NCBI GenBank assembly: GCA_043818275.1
Contig: JBDRFY010000011.1
Span: 1-20,099 of the forward strand
Reading direction: 5' to 3'
DNA length: 20,099 bases
From: a bacterium
Lineage (GTDB): Bacteria > Babelota > Babeliae > Babelales > JAUWHS01
In this document: one piece after another, positions 8,469 to 17,881 of the stretch
How the letters are laid out: every line of letters begins with the position of its first letter
How positions within the stretch are numbered: position 1 is the stretch's first letter
Program-made: the position numbers and the translations under genes
Notes under the pieces: model-generated
Database searches by the model: none
Seen by the model: the letters and a program-made list of their open reading frames with translations, nothing else
What the model was told of the DNA's origin: nothing

Positions 8469-9578
8469 TTAAATGCTAAAGCTTCTGCTTTTTTCTATAA
8501 ATATAAATTTTTTCCAGGGATAAAAACCTAATGTTTCTGATATTTTATTGTTGAAAGATGTTTCAGTTTCTTTTAAAGCTTCATCTTTTTCTTTTTCTAT
8601 ATATTCCAATTTGTTAAAGGCAAATGTTTTGTAACGCTCATCTGTAAGATATTGTTCATAGAAATCTTTTTGGATTCCGTTAAATTCGAGAAAATCTTTA
8701 TATTTTTGGGTTGCATTTAGTGTTTTTTTAATTATCAAATTTAATTCTTCTTTATCATCGCCTACAAGATTGACAAAATTTTTTGATGCTTTATCAGGAA
8801 TTACAAATTTCAAAATATCTTCTTTTTGTTGTTTGCTTTTTGTAAATTCCACCGTATAAGGTTCTGAATATATGAGTTCATTAAAATTGATTTCAAATGG
8901 AAATATTTGGCTAAAATCGTTATTTAAAAAAACAAATAAAGCAATGTTGCTTTCAAATGGTTCGACTACTTCAAATTTGCTGTTTAGTGACACAAGTTGT
9001 TCTTCTGGGGCGCGATCCTTTTTTTGTTTAAAATAAATATTCAATTTTAATTTTGTAAAAATGTTTGCTGATTGTTCGGAAAATTTAAAGAACAATGGTG
9101 TTTTGGGAAATTTCATTTGTATTAATGAGATTTCAGGCGTTTGTATTTTATTTAAATTTATTGAGCGAACGTAAGTTTCTTTACGTAGTAGTGGTTTTAG
9201 TTCAAACTCTTCAATTTCTTCTTCAACTCCAAACATTGACAGCTTTTTTTCTAATGAAAAAACTCCATTTAAAGAGTTTCTTTGTTGTTTTTCTAGTTGA
9301 TAAAAAACATTGGTTCCATCTTTTTTTGTTTGTATAAAAAAATCATTTGTTTTTTTTGTTATTTTTAAAGCATTTCTAAATTCTTTTGCTGTTTCTATTT
9401 CCTCTATTGATCTTTTGCTTGAGCGGCCGAGCATTTTTTTTGCTTTTTGAGAGCTGGGACCTGTTTCTGGAATTGCTAATGTTAGATACTTACCTGTATT
9501 GTTTATAATTGTTATTTCTGTTTTTATTGTAAAAAAAAATGGAAAAAATAAGAAAATGGTTATTACAAATTGTTTCAT
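8469..9578 (-). CDS. Hypothetical secreted protein
   Basis: 369-aa ORF with a signal-peptide-like N-terminus and AGGAG upstream. No family recognised. Confidence 0.75.
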   Translation of the reverse strand: MKQFVITIFLFFPFFFTIKTEITIINNTGKYLTLAIPETGPSSQKAKKMLGRSSKRSIEEIETAKEFRNALKITKKTNDFFIQTKKDGTNVFYQLEKQQRNSLNGVFSLEKKLSMFGVEEEIEEFELKPLLRKETYVRSINLNKIQTPEISLIQMKFPKTPLFFKFSEQSANIFTKLKLNIYFKQKKDRAPEEQLVSLNSKFEVVEPFESNIALFVFLNNDFSQIFPFEINFNELIYSEPYTVEFTKSKQQKEDILKFVIPDKASKNFVNLVGDDKEELNLIIKKTLNATQKYKDFLEFNGIQKDFYEQYLTDERYKTFAFNKLEYIEKEKDEALKETETSFNNKISETLGFYPWKKFIFIEKSRSFSI

Positions 9579-9732
9579 CTGATACTCCTGGATTTTGAGA
9601 AAGGATAATTAATCTGATATTTTAAATAACCTAAATTTTTACGAAACAAAAAACAATGTTTTAATGACAAACATATTTTGACTCGATAAAATATGAAATT
9701 GTTAAATTCTTTTTCAGTATTAAGGAGATATA

Positions 9733-10008
9733 ATGTTGCTAGATCCTAAAGCCTTTGGAAAGGCATCCGGTATTTTTGCCGTGATTGGTGTTTATATTAA
9801 CATTATTGTTACAAAATTGCCTACAACATTAGCGGATTTAAAAACTTGTCCTGCTATAGTGGTTTTTTTTATTATTTCATTTGGATTTTTTGTGTTTGGA
9901 TTATTTTCTTATTTAGTTAGTTTTTTCTCTACTTGGTTATTTGCAACATTATACAATCGATTTGCCAAACAAAATCTTGAAAAATCTGAAAAAGAAAAAG
10001 ACTTATAG
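9733..10008 (+). CDS. Small hypothetical membrane protein
   Basis: AAGGAG RBS, 91 aa with hydrophobic segments, ending 2 nt before ruvB. Confidence 0.75.
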   Translation: MLLDPKAFGKASGIFAVIGVYINIIVTKLPTTLADLKTCPAIVVFFIISFGFFVFGLFSYLVSFFSTWLFATLYNRFAKQNLEKSEKEKDL

Positions 10009-10010
10009 AA

Positions 10011-11045
10011 ATGGATTTACCTTTAGAGCTTTTAAATTTACAGGAAACGCCAGACGATAAAGTTTTAAGCTTTGAGCCTTCCACATTTGATCAATACTTA
10101 GGTCAGGCAGAAGTTAAAGAAAAACTTTCAGTTTATACTCAGGCTTGCAAGCAAAGGGGCGAAGCTCTGGATCATTTACTCCTTTTTGGTCCCCCAGGGC
10201 TTGGAAAAACGACGTTAGCCAAGGTTATTGCAAAAGAGATGGGGGTCGGTCTCAAGATAACCAGCGCGCCCATCTTGGAGCGTAGCGGAGATTTGGTTGC
10301 GATTATTTCAAATTTATCTGAGCGTGAGATTTTATTTATTGATGAGATTCATCGGTTACCAACAAATGTTGAAGAAATTTTATATTCCGCAATGGAAAAT
10401 TTTTGCGTGGATATGATTGTTGGTCAGGGTGCAGGCGCCAAATCCATTCGTTTACCGTTAAATCCTTTTACTCTAATTGGTGCTACAACTAGAACTTCAT
10501 TAATTTCAGGACCTTTGCAAACCAGATTTGGAATTGTTGAGAGGTTAGATTTTTATGAACCCAAAGATTTGGCTGACATTGTAATGCAAAATGCAGAGTT
10601 TTTGGGCGTTCCACTTTTGCCTGAAGCTGCAGTTAGTATTGGAAGGCGTGCCCGTGGAACACCAAGAATTGTAAAAAGAATTTTACGAAGAGTTCGTGAT
10701 TTCGCTCAAGTTCATAAATATAAAGTTGTGGATCAAGATGTTGTTGATGCAGCGTTGAAATTTTTGGGTATAGATGAGGATGGTTTAAATAAACTGGATC
10801 ACAAAATATTGACTCATATTATTAAAGATTTTGATGGAGGTCCTGTTGGAATTGAAACCTTAGCTGCAATGACTGGTGAAGATAAGGAAACGCTGGAGGA
10901 TGTGTGTGAGCCTTATCTGATAAGGTTGGGTTTATTGCAAAAAACTACTCGCGGTAGACAGATTCCACCTAAAAAGTTACTATATTTGAGAAAGAAACTT
11001 TTCGGGCAAGCTTTTCCGATAGATACGCAAAATAAACTTTTTTAA
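10011..11045 (+). CDS. ruvB: Holliday junction branch migration helicase RuvB
   Basis: LDHLLLFGPPGLGKTT, FIDEIHRL, FTLIGATTR, RGTPR and GGPVG motifs. Confidence 0.98.
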   Translation: MDLPLELLNLQETPDDKVLSFEPSTFDQYLGQAEVKEKLSVYTQACKQRGEALDHLLLFGPPGLGKTTLAKVIAKEMGVGLKITSAPILERSGDLVAIISNLSEREILFIDEIHRLPTNVEEILYSAMENFCVDMIVGQGAGAKSIRLPLNPFTLIGATTRTSLISGPLQTRFGIVERLDFYEPKDLADIVMQNAEFLGVPLLPEAAVSIGRRARGTPRIVKRILRRVRDFAQVHKYKVVDQDVVDAALKFLGIDEDGLNKLDHKILTHIIKDFDGGPVGIETLAAMTGEDKETLEDVCEPYLIRLGLLQKTTRGRQIPPKKLLYLRKKLFGQAFPIDTQNKLF

Positions 11046-11094
11046 TTTTTTTCATGTTAAGTCAAAATAGTGTATAAATTGCTTAGGAGTGTTA

Positions 11095-11814
11095 ATGTCT
11101 GGACATTCAAAGTGGGCGACAATTAAGCATAAAAAAGCAAAAGAAGATTCAAAAAGGGGCAAAATTTTTACCCGGTTGATTCGAGAATTAACAGTTGCAG
11201 CAAGAGAAGGTGGCGGCGATCCGTCAGGAAACGCAAAATTACGTCTTATAATTGAAAAAGCAAAAGCTGTTAATATGCCGAAAGATAATATTGACCGCGC
11301 GATTAAAAAGGGAACCGGAGAAATTGCGGGCACAAGTTATGAAAATATTGTTTATGAAGGCTATACTCCAGCTGGAGTTGCCGTAATCATTGAAGTCTTA
11401 ACCGATAATAGAAAAAGAGCGGTTGCTGACGTTAGGCATGTTTTTTCAAGATTGGGTGGTAATTTGGCAGAAGCAGGATCGGTTTCCTGGATGTTTGAAC
11501 ATAAAGGTGTAATTAGGGCTGCGGCCAATGGGCATAGTGAAGATGAAATTTTAGAAAAATTAATTGATTATGAAGTTGATGATGTTTCTGTTGATGATGG
11601 AATTGTATCAATTTATTGTGATCAAAAAAATTTGGAAAATATAAAAAAAGCGGTTGAAGAAATAGGTTTAAAAATAGAAGATGCGCAAATTGAATGGGTT
11701 GCAAAAACCTTGATGTCGTTAGAAGATAAAAATCAGGAAGAAAAGGTCTATAAATTTCTTGAACAAATTGAAGAATTAGACGACGTTCAAAATGTTTATA
11801 CAAATTTATCTTAA
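11095..11814 (+). CDS. yebC: YebC/PmpR family protein
   Basis: MSGHSKWATIKHKK N-terminus and ELDDVQNVYTN C-terminus. AGGAG at 11085-11089 favours the ATG at 11095. Confidence 0.97.
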   Translation: MSGHSKWATIKHKKAKEDSKRGKIFTRLIRELTVAAREGGGDPSGNAKLRLIIEKAKAVNMPKDNIDRAIKKGTGEIAGTSYENIVYEGYTPAGVAVIIEVLTDNRKRAVADVRHVFSRLGGNLAEAGSVSWMFEHKGVIRAAANGHSEDEILEKLIDYEVDDVSVDDGIVSIYCDQKNLENIKKAVEEIGLKIEDAQIEWVAKTLMSLEDKNQEEKVYKFLEQIEELDDVQNVYTNLS

Positions 11815-11828
11815 TTTGGGAGATATAA

Positions 11829-12719
11829 GTGTTTTTGAGTATGACTGGTTTTGGAAATGCAAGAGAAACTCTTTTAATTGATAAAAAGAAAAAAATTGGT
11901 TTTTCCGTAGAAGTTAAATCTTTGAATTCACGATTTTTTGAAGCTGTTTGTAAATTGCCGGGGCCACTTAGTTCCCTGGAAATAAAAATTATAGAATTAT
12001 TAAAAGGAAAATTGGTTCGGGGCCGGATTTATTTAACCTTACGGGCAAGTGAAGATTCTTATTTATTTCAAACTGTTAAACCAAATCTTTCTTTGGTTGG
12101 TGATTATCTTTCTGCAGCCAGAAAAATAAAAAAAGAATTTAGTCTGGAATCAGATTTATGCATAGCTGAATTGTTAAAACTTCCGGATGTTTTTATTTCT
12201 GAAGAAAAGGATATTAGTGGAGCAGTTGAAAAAGATATTTTAGCCTTAATTGAAAAAGCTGCTGATTTACTTACAAAATCCCGGGCGGTTGAAGGAAATA
12301 ACCTTAAAAAAGATTTGGAAATGTTTTTTGATGTTTGCTTTGAAAAAATGATAAAAATTAAGCAACTTTTTATTCAGTTGATGAAAAGTAAAAAAGATGC
12401 CATTAAAAAATTGCTTTCCCAACAAAATAATGGCGATGAATCTTCAAAGTTAAAACTGGATGAGCTTTATTCTGTTGTTAATAAAATTGATATTAATGAA
12501 GAAATAACCCGTTTTGACAGTCACCTTAAGGTAATAAAAACAGTATTAAAAGATAAAAGTTCTTCAAAGGGCAAAAGATTAGATTTTATTTTGCAGGAAT
12601 TAGTGCGAGAGCTAAATACGATTAATGCAAAAAGTGGAAGTTTTGATATAAGTTCTTTGGCTGTTGATATAAAAGTTGAACTTGAGAAAGCTAGGGAGCA
12701 GGTTCAAAATATAGTTTAA
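11829..12719 (+). CDS. yicC: YicC/YloC family endoribonuclease
   Basis: SMTGFG, EVKSLNSRF, GKRLDFILQE and REQVQNI motifs. GTG start preceded by GGAG. Confidence 0.95.
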   Translation: MFLSMTGFGNARETLLIDKKKKIGFSVEVKSLNSRFFEAVCKLPGPLSSLEIKIIELLKGKLVRGRIYLTLRASEDSYLFQTVKPNLSLVGDYLSAARKIKKEFSLESDLCIAELLKLPDVFISEEKDISGAVEKDILALIEKAADLLTKSRAVEGNNLKKDLEMFFDVCFEKMIKIKQLFIQLMKSKKDAIKKLLSQQNNGDESSKLKLDELYSVVNKIDINEEITRFDSHLKVIKTVLKDKSSSKGKRLDFILQELVRELNTINAKSGSFDISSLAVDIKVELEKAREQVQNIV

Positions 12720-12725
12720 ATTTAA

Positions 12726-12765
12726 AAAATACTCCGTCCCGCCAGTTGGCGGGACGGAGTATTTT
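12726..12765. terminator. Perfect 19-bp inverted repeat, a likely bidirectional terminator between convergent yicC and the GT4 gene
   Basis: AAAATACTCCGTCCCGCCA-GT-TGGCGGGACGGAGTATTTT, with T tracts following on both strands. Confidence 0.85.
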
Positions 12766-13975
12766 ACTTTAAAATTTCTTTATAAAATTGTTCTAACTTT
12801 TGCATCACTGGATCAGATGTTAAGTTTTCCTTAACAAAATTGTAAGCGTTTAAACCATATTCTTTCTGGAGTTTTGGGTTGGTGATAAGTTTTTCTATCT
12901 GATTTACAAGATCATCCACATTTCCATTTTCAAATAACAGGCCAGTTTTTTCATGCTTGATAACATTTTCCATTCCTGTTCCACTTGTTCCAATTAACGG
13001 TTTTTTTAGTAGTGCGGCTTCCATTAATACAATTCCAAATGCTTCATCTTTTGTTGTAAGAGCTTTTATATCTGAATGATACATAACTTCTATTCTTTTA
13101 TATGTAAACCCAAGAAAATGAATATAATCTTCTATTTTAAGTTGTCTGGCTAATGTTTTTAAATATTTTTTTCTGTAACCTTCACCGCATAGTAATAAAT
13201 TTACCGGTTTGTTTTTTTCATGGATGAATTTTTTTAAAGCATGAAACATTAATTGTTGATTTTTATATCCACGAAGACATGCGACCATAACAATTGTTGG
13301 ATAATTGGGAAGAGTGATACCAAATTCTTTTTTGAAGAATTCATTCTTATTCGCGCAAGGTGTAAATTTTAATGATTCTTCCTCGTCAAAAAATGGTGGC
13401 AGATGATACATTTTGGGAGGTGTTATTTTTTCCTTAAAACATTTATTTTCTATACTTGAAATGCAATTTTGATCTACGCAAAAAAGAGTTTTAAATTTTT
13501 CAAGGTATTTTGTTTTTAGCGGGGACGGTGAATGTCTGGTTAATATAATTTTAACAGGCAGATCAATTGTTTTTTTGAAAAGATTTATCTCTTTGTGTCT
13601 ATTGCAAAGGATGATATCGATGCTATTGTCTTTGACTATTTTTCTTATAATTTTACTTAATCCTGGTTGTATGTGGGGTCTGAAAATTTTTGATTGTTCA
13701 AATGAATAAAAAGATATTTTTTGTTCAATTAATTTTTTTTCAATATCTGAATTTTTGGGAACCAGTATATGAACATTATAAGAATGTCTGAGGTGTGCTT
13801 TGTAAATCGCTAAACTATGCATTAAAAGTCCATCAAATTTATATGGGGTACAAATAATTAAAATATTTGGTTTGGAAGGATTAATTTTTTTGTCTGATGG
13901 AAATGATGTATGCTCACTTTTGTAAAATGAAAAAGGGATAGAAAGTTTTTTAGTTGTTGGGATTTTTTGATTCAT
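12764..13975 (-). CDS. Glycosyltransferase family 4 (GT-B)
   Basis: EAFGIVLMEAA (E-x7-E), IHFLGF and EKTGLLF motifs. The ATG at 13975 with AAGGA upstream is preferred over the track start at 14095. Confidence 0.9.
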   Translation of the reverse strand: MNQKIPTTKKLSIPFSFYKSEHTSFPSDKKINPSKPNILIICTPYKFDGLLMHSLAIYKAHLRHSYNVHILVPKNSDIEKKLIEQKISFYSFEQSKIFRPHIQPGLSKIIRKIVKDNSIDIILCNRHKEINLFKKTIDLPVKIILTRHSPSPLKTKYLEKFKTLFCVDQNCISSIENKCFKEKITPPKMYHLPPFFDEEESLKFTPCANKNEFFKKEFGITLPNYPTIVMVACLRGYKNQQLMFHALKKFIHEKNKPVNLLLCGEGYRKKYLKTLARQLKIEDYIHFLGFTYKRIEVMYHSDIKALTTKDEAFGIVLMEAALLKKPLIGTSGTGMENVIKHEKTGLLFENGNVDDLVNQIEKLITNPKLQKEYGLNAYNFVKENLTSDPVMQKLEQFYKEILK

Positions 13976-14134
13976 TCTGATCCTTAAATAGTTTATTGGA
14001 TTTTTCAAGATTACCTTATTAATCGCATAAAACTTGTTTTCCTTTGTCAGGCATAGTATCATATAATCTTGCGTAAGCAAATAAATTCTTATCATTAAAT
14101 CTGGTTAAAATTTTTAATTTTTGAAGGGTTAAAT

Positions 14135-16633
14135 ATGTCTAACAATAATGATAAACAGGAAACCAAAAATACAAAAAGTATTGTGCCTCTTTCAATTGAA
14201 AAAGAACTGAAAACCTCTTTTTTGGATTATGCGATGTCTGTTATTGTTAGTCGTGCGCTTCCTGATGTCAGGGATGGTTTAAAACCGGTTCATCGCAGAA
14301 TTTTATACGCAATGCATAAACTTGGTTATTATCATGAAAAATCGTACAGAAAATCGGCGACTGTTGTAGGTGAAGTTATGGGAAATTATCATCCCCATGG
14401 TGATGCGGCTATTTATCAGTCTATTGTCGGTCTTGTTCAGGATTTTTCAAAACGTTATCCATTACTTGATGGTCAGGGAAACTGGGGTTCTATCGATGGA
14501 GATAATGCAGCTGCCATGAGGTATAGTGAAGTTCGCATGGCTAAAATTGCAAGAGATTTATTAACTGATATTGATAAAGATACTGTTCATTTTGTTCCAA
14601 ATTTTGATGAATCAAAAACAGAGCCAACGGTATTGCCAAGCAAAGTTCCTAATTTATTAATTAATGGTTCAACCGGTATTGCTGTTGGTATGGCAACATC
14701 AGTTCCGCCGCATAATTTGGGTGAAGTTGTTGATGCAAGTATTACATTATTAAAAAATCCTGAATTAACAGAAGATGAATTATTTAAAATTATTCCGGCC
14801 CCGGATTTTCCAACTGGTGGTATTATTTGTGGACGATCCGGAGTGTTGAAAGCTTATCGGACCGGACACGGACAGGTTATTGTTCGTGGTGTTATTGATG
14901 TTGAGGAAAATAAAAAAGGTTCAGCTTTGGTTATTAAGGAAATTCCTTATCAGGTAAATAAGGCTGATCTTGTTACAAGAATTGCGGATCTGGTCAAAGA
15001 TAAAATTATCGACAGTATTTCAAATATCAGGGATGAATCAGACAGGCGTGGTATACGGGTTGTAATTGAACTAAAAAAAGGCGAAAATCCACAAGTGTTG
15101 CTTAATCAGCTTTATAAACATACAACTCTTCAATCTTCTATTTCTATTATTATGTTAGCGCTTCTTAATAACAGACCTATGATGTTTACATTGCGTGAAA
15201 TGATTGAGCAATTTTTAATTCACAGAAAAGAAATTGTAACTAAACGAACAGAATTTGAATTAGCCAGAGACAAAGCAAGGGCGCATATTTTAGAAGGTTT
15301 GATAATTGCTCTGGATAATATTGATGCCGTTGTTGAATTAATTAAAAAATCTAAAAGCGCGCAGGATGCAATATTTGTTTTGAATAAAAAATTTGCATTA
15401 ACTGAAGCGCAAGGTAAAGCAATCTTGGAAATGAGGTTGCAACGTTTGACCGGTTTGGAACAGGATAAAATTCATGAAGAAACAAAGGAACTGGAAAAAA
15501 CAATTAAGCAATTAGAATTAATTTTGGCTGAGCCGGAAGAATTGAAAAGAATAATAATTGAAGAACTTGAAGAGATCCGGAAAAATTATGCTGATGCAAG
15601 AAAAACTAAAATAGAAAATGTTTTTGAGGGAGATTTAACTGAGGCTGATTTAATTCCAAATGATGAAGTAGTTGTTACCTTAACAAAAAAGGGTTATGTA
15701 AAACGGGTTCCTATCGAAACATATTCAGTTCAGCGTCGTGGCGGAAAAGGTAAAAAAGGTATGACTGCTTTGGAAGAAGCCGATGATATTATTCAGGATT
15801 TATTTGTTCCCAGAAATCATGATGATTTATTTTTCTTTACGAATAAGGGCCGTATTTTTAGTTTAAAAGTTTATCAAATACCAGAAGCTTCCCGTCTTGC
15901 AAAAGGAAGGGCAATTGTAAATTTATTGCAGCTTCCCGAGGGTGAAACAGTTGTTAAACTTCTTTTTATGTCCCCAGACGAAATCGAAGGTAAATTTGTT
16001 GTTATGGTAACGAAGAAAGGTTCTATTAAAAAAACTGATGCAATGGCATTTGCAAAAGTAAGAAGTACTGGAATCAGGGCATTAAATTTACATGACGACG
16101 ATGAACTTGTTTTTTGTGATGTAAGTTCCGGAAGTGATTCAATTGTTGTAGCTACAGCTAAAGGTTATGGAATTCGTTTTGAAGAAAAAGAGGTTCGTTG
16201 CATGGGTCGACAAGCTGCTGGTGTAAGAGCAATAAAATTAAGAAAAGCTGATTATGTTGTTGGACTTGAAATTATCGATGATGAAAGAGATCTTCTTTTT
16301 GCGACATCAAGAGGATATGGAAAACGTGTTCGAATTCAGGATTTTAGAGTTGCGCATCGTGGTGGAATGGGTGTCAGAACAATACCAACAGATTTTAGAA
16401 ACGGTGATGTTATTGGTTTGACAAAGGTTACAGATGAGTCGCATCTTCTTTTGATTGACACTAACGGAAAAATAATTAGACTATCTTCGCAGGAAATCAG
16501 AACCATGGGAAGACAAGCAAAAGGTGTAAGACTTGTCAGGCTTGATTCAAATCAGGAGTTATCGTCTGTGGTTGCTTTTGAAGGAAACGGCGAAGAGGAT
16601 GTTAGTGAAGAAGTTAATGAAATTCAAGAATAA
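14135..16633 (+). CDS. gyrA: DNA gyrase subunit A
   Basis: RALPDVRDGLKP, YHPHGD, catalytic AAMRY, GyrA-box QRRGGKG and C-terminal pinwheel repeats. Confidence 0.98.
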   Translation: MSNNNDKQETKNTKSIVPLSIEKELKTSFLDYAMSVIVSRALPDVRDGLKPVHRRILYAMHKLGYYHEKSYRKSATVVGEVMGNYHPHGDAAIYQSIVGLVQDFSKRYPLLDGQGNWGSIDGDNAAAMRYSEVRMAKIARDLLTDIDKDTVHFVPNFDESKTEPTVLPSKVPNLLINGSTGIAVGMATSVPPHNLGEVVDASITLLKNPELTEDELFKIIPAPDFPTGGIICGRSGVLKAYRTGHGQVIVRGVIDVEENKKGSALVIKEIPYQVNKADLVTRIADLVKDKIIDSISNIRDESDRRGIRVVIELKKGENPQVLLNQLYKHTTLQSSISIIMLALLNNRPMMFTLREMIEQFLIHRKEIVTKRTEFELARDKARAHILEGLIIALDNIDAVVELIKKSKSAQDAIFVLNKKFALTEAQGKAILEMRLQRLTGLEQDKIHEETKELEKTIKQLELILAEPEELKRIIIEELEEIRKNYADARKTKIENVFEGDLTEADLIPNDEVVVTLTKKGYVKRVPIETYSVQRRGGKGKKGMTALEEADDIIQDLFVPRNHDDLFFFTNKGRIFSLKVYQIPEASRLAKGRAIVNLLQLPEGETVVKLLFMSPDEIEGKFVVMVTKKGSIKKTDAMAFAKVRSTGIRALNLHDDDELVFCDVSSGSDSIVVATAKGYGIRFEEKEVRCMGRQAAGVRAIKLRKADYVVGLEIIDDERDLLFATSRGYGKRVRIQDFRVAHRGGMGVRTIPTDFRNGDVIGLTKVTDESHLLLIDTNGKIIRLSSQEIRTMGRQAKGVRLVRLDSNQELSSVVAFEGNGEEDVSEEVNEIQE

Positions 16634-16654
16634 TTAAAATTGAAACTTAGGAAT

Positions 16655-16690
16655 GTCAGGCAACTAAATTTTAGTTGCCTGACTTTTTTT
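16655..16690 (+). terminator. Rho-independent terminator after gyrA
   Basis: GTCAGGCAACTAAA-T-TTTAGTTGCCTGAC followed by TTTTTTT. Confidence 0.85.
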
Positions 16691-16692
16691 AC

Positions 16693-17880
16693 ATGAATGA
16701 AAATACAAAAATATTACTTCATTTATCTTTAATTTATGGAATTGGGCCGAGTGCCGCATTAAAAATTATTAAAAAATTATTTGATGATTTTTATTTCAAT
16801 TCAAAAAATGCTCAAATCAGAAATTTACAAATTAATTTGCAGGATATTTATTTATTTAGAGAATATGATTTTATTCATCGTTTTGGGCTATCAGGTAATA
16901 TTTCAAAAATTGTTTATGATGGTTTGCGAGATCGATCACTTTTAGATAAAGAATTGAGTCTTATTGATAAGCATAAAATAAAAATAGTTTCTTTTTTAGA
17001 TACAGATTATCCGGAAAATTTAAAAGAAATTTATTTGCCTCCGATTATTCTTTATTGTAAAGGTGCAGATTTTTTAAATTATCCAAAAAGATTGGCTGTT
17101 GTTGGCGCAAGGAAAGCGAATAATTATGCAAAACAGGTACTCGATTGTTTTGTGCCTGAATTAGTTGTAAATGGTTGGCAAATTATTAGTGGCGGTGCTA
17201 TTGGTGCTGATAGTTTAGCGCATGAAGCAACTTTAAAATCAAAAGGTAAAACGATTGCTGTTTTGGGATCAGGTTTGTTGAATTTATATCCTGCGCAGAA
17301 TAAAAATTTATTTGACAGAATAATTGAAAATAATGGAACTTTAATTTCACCTTTTCCATTGCAAACTGCACCAGACAGAGGAAATTTTCCTGCAAGAAAC
17401 AGAATTATTTCAGGTATTAGTCAGGGGTGCATGGTTGTTCAGGCTGCGATTAAAAGCGGGGCATTAATAACTGCGCATTTTGCCCTGGAGCAGGGTAGAC
17501 AAGTTTTTGCTGTTCCTGGTCCGATTGATGATGAGTTAAGTTTGGGTTGTCATGAAATTATTAAACATGGCGCAAAAGTTGTTAGTTGTGTATCCGATAT
17601 TTTAGAAGAATTTGATTCCTGTGTGCATTTTACTTCAATACCATGCGATTTAGTGATAGAAGAAAAAATTGATAATCAGGATATAAGTAAAGTTGAAGCT
17701 CAACTTGAGATAGGAGATGAACAATATTATATTTTACGACATTTGAATAATCCGGTTACAATTGATGAGCTTAGCACAAAAACTGGTTTGAGTTTGTCGG
17801 AATTGCAGGAAAAATTATTTGATTTACAACTTGAGAATAAGATAAAACAAAATTTTGCAGGAAGCTGGCAAAGGATTTGA
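16693..17880 (+). CDS. dprA: DNA-processing protein DprA/Smf
   Basis: AVVGAR, IISGGAIGAD, FPARNRIISG, SGALITA and FAVPG motifs plus a C-terminal winged-helix-like segment. The ATG at 16693 is preferred to the TTG inside the terminator. Confidence 0.96.
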   Translation: MNENTKILLHLSLIYGIGPSAALKIIKKLFDDFYFNSKNAQIRNLQINLQDIYLFREYDFIHRFGLSGNISKIVYDGLRDRSLLDKELSLIDKHKIKIVSFLDTDYPENLKEIYLPPIILYCKGADFLNYPKRLAVVGARKANNYAKQVLDCFVPELVVNGWQIISGGAIGADSLAHEATLKSKGKTIAVLGSGLLNLYPAQNKNLFDRIIENNGTLISPFPLQTAPDRGNFPARNRIISGISQGCMVVQAAIKSGALITAHFALEQGRQVFAVPGPIDDELSLGCHEIIKHGAKVVSCVSDILEEFDSCVHFTSIPCDLVIEEKIDNQDISKVEAQLEIGDEQYYILRHLNNPVTIDELSTKTGLSLSELQEKLFDLQLENKIKQNFAGSWQRI

Positions 17881-17881
17881 T

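Noticed and set aside
9416..9441. Small hairpin TGCTTG-AGCGGC-CGAGCA followed by a T-run inside the secreted hypothetical gene
   Set aside because: A 6-bp stem with a wobble pair and no match to the repeat family, so probably chance.
8029..9578. Possible tRNA-anchored genomic island, prophage or CRISPR array
   Set aside because: No integrase, no duplicated tRNA 3' end and no regularly spaced direct repeats were seen.
13976..14095. 40-aa N-terminal extension of the GT4 ORF in the track
   Set aside because: It would occupy nearly all of the divergent promoter region shared with gyrA, and a better RBS precedes the ATG at 13975.
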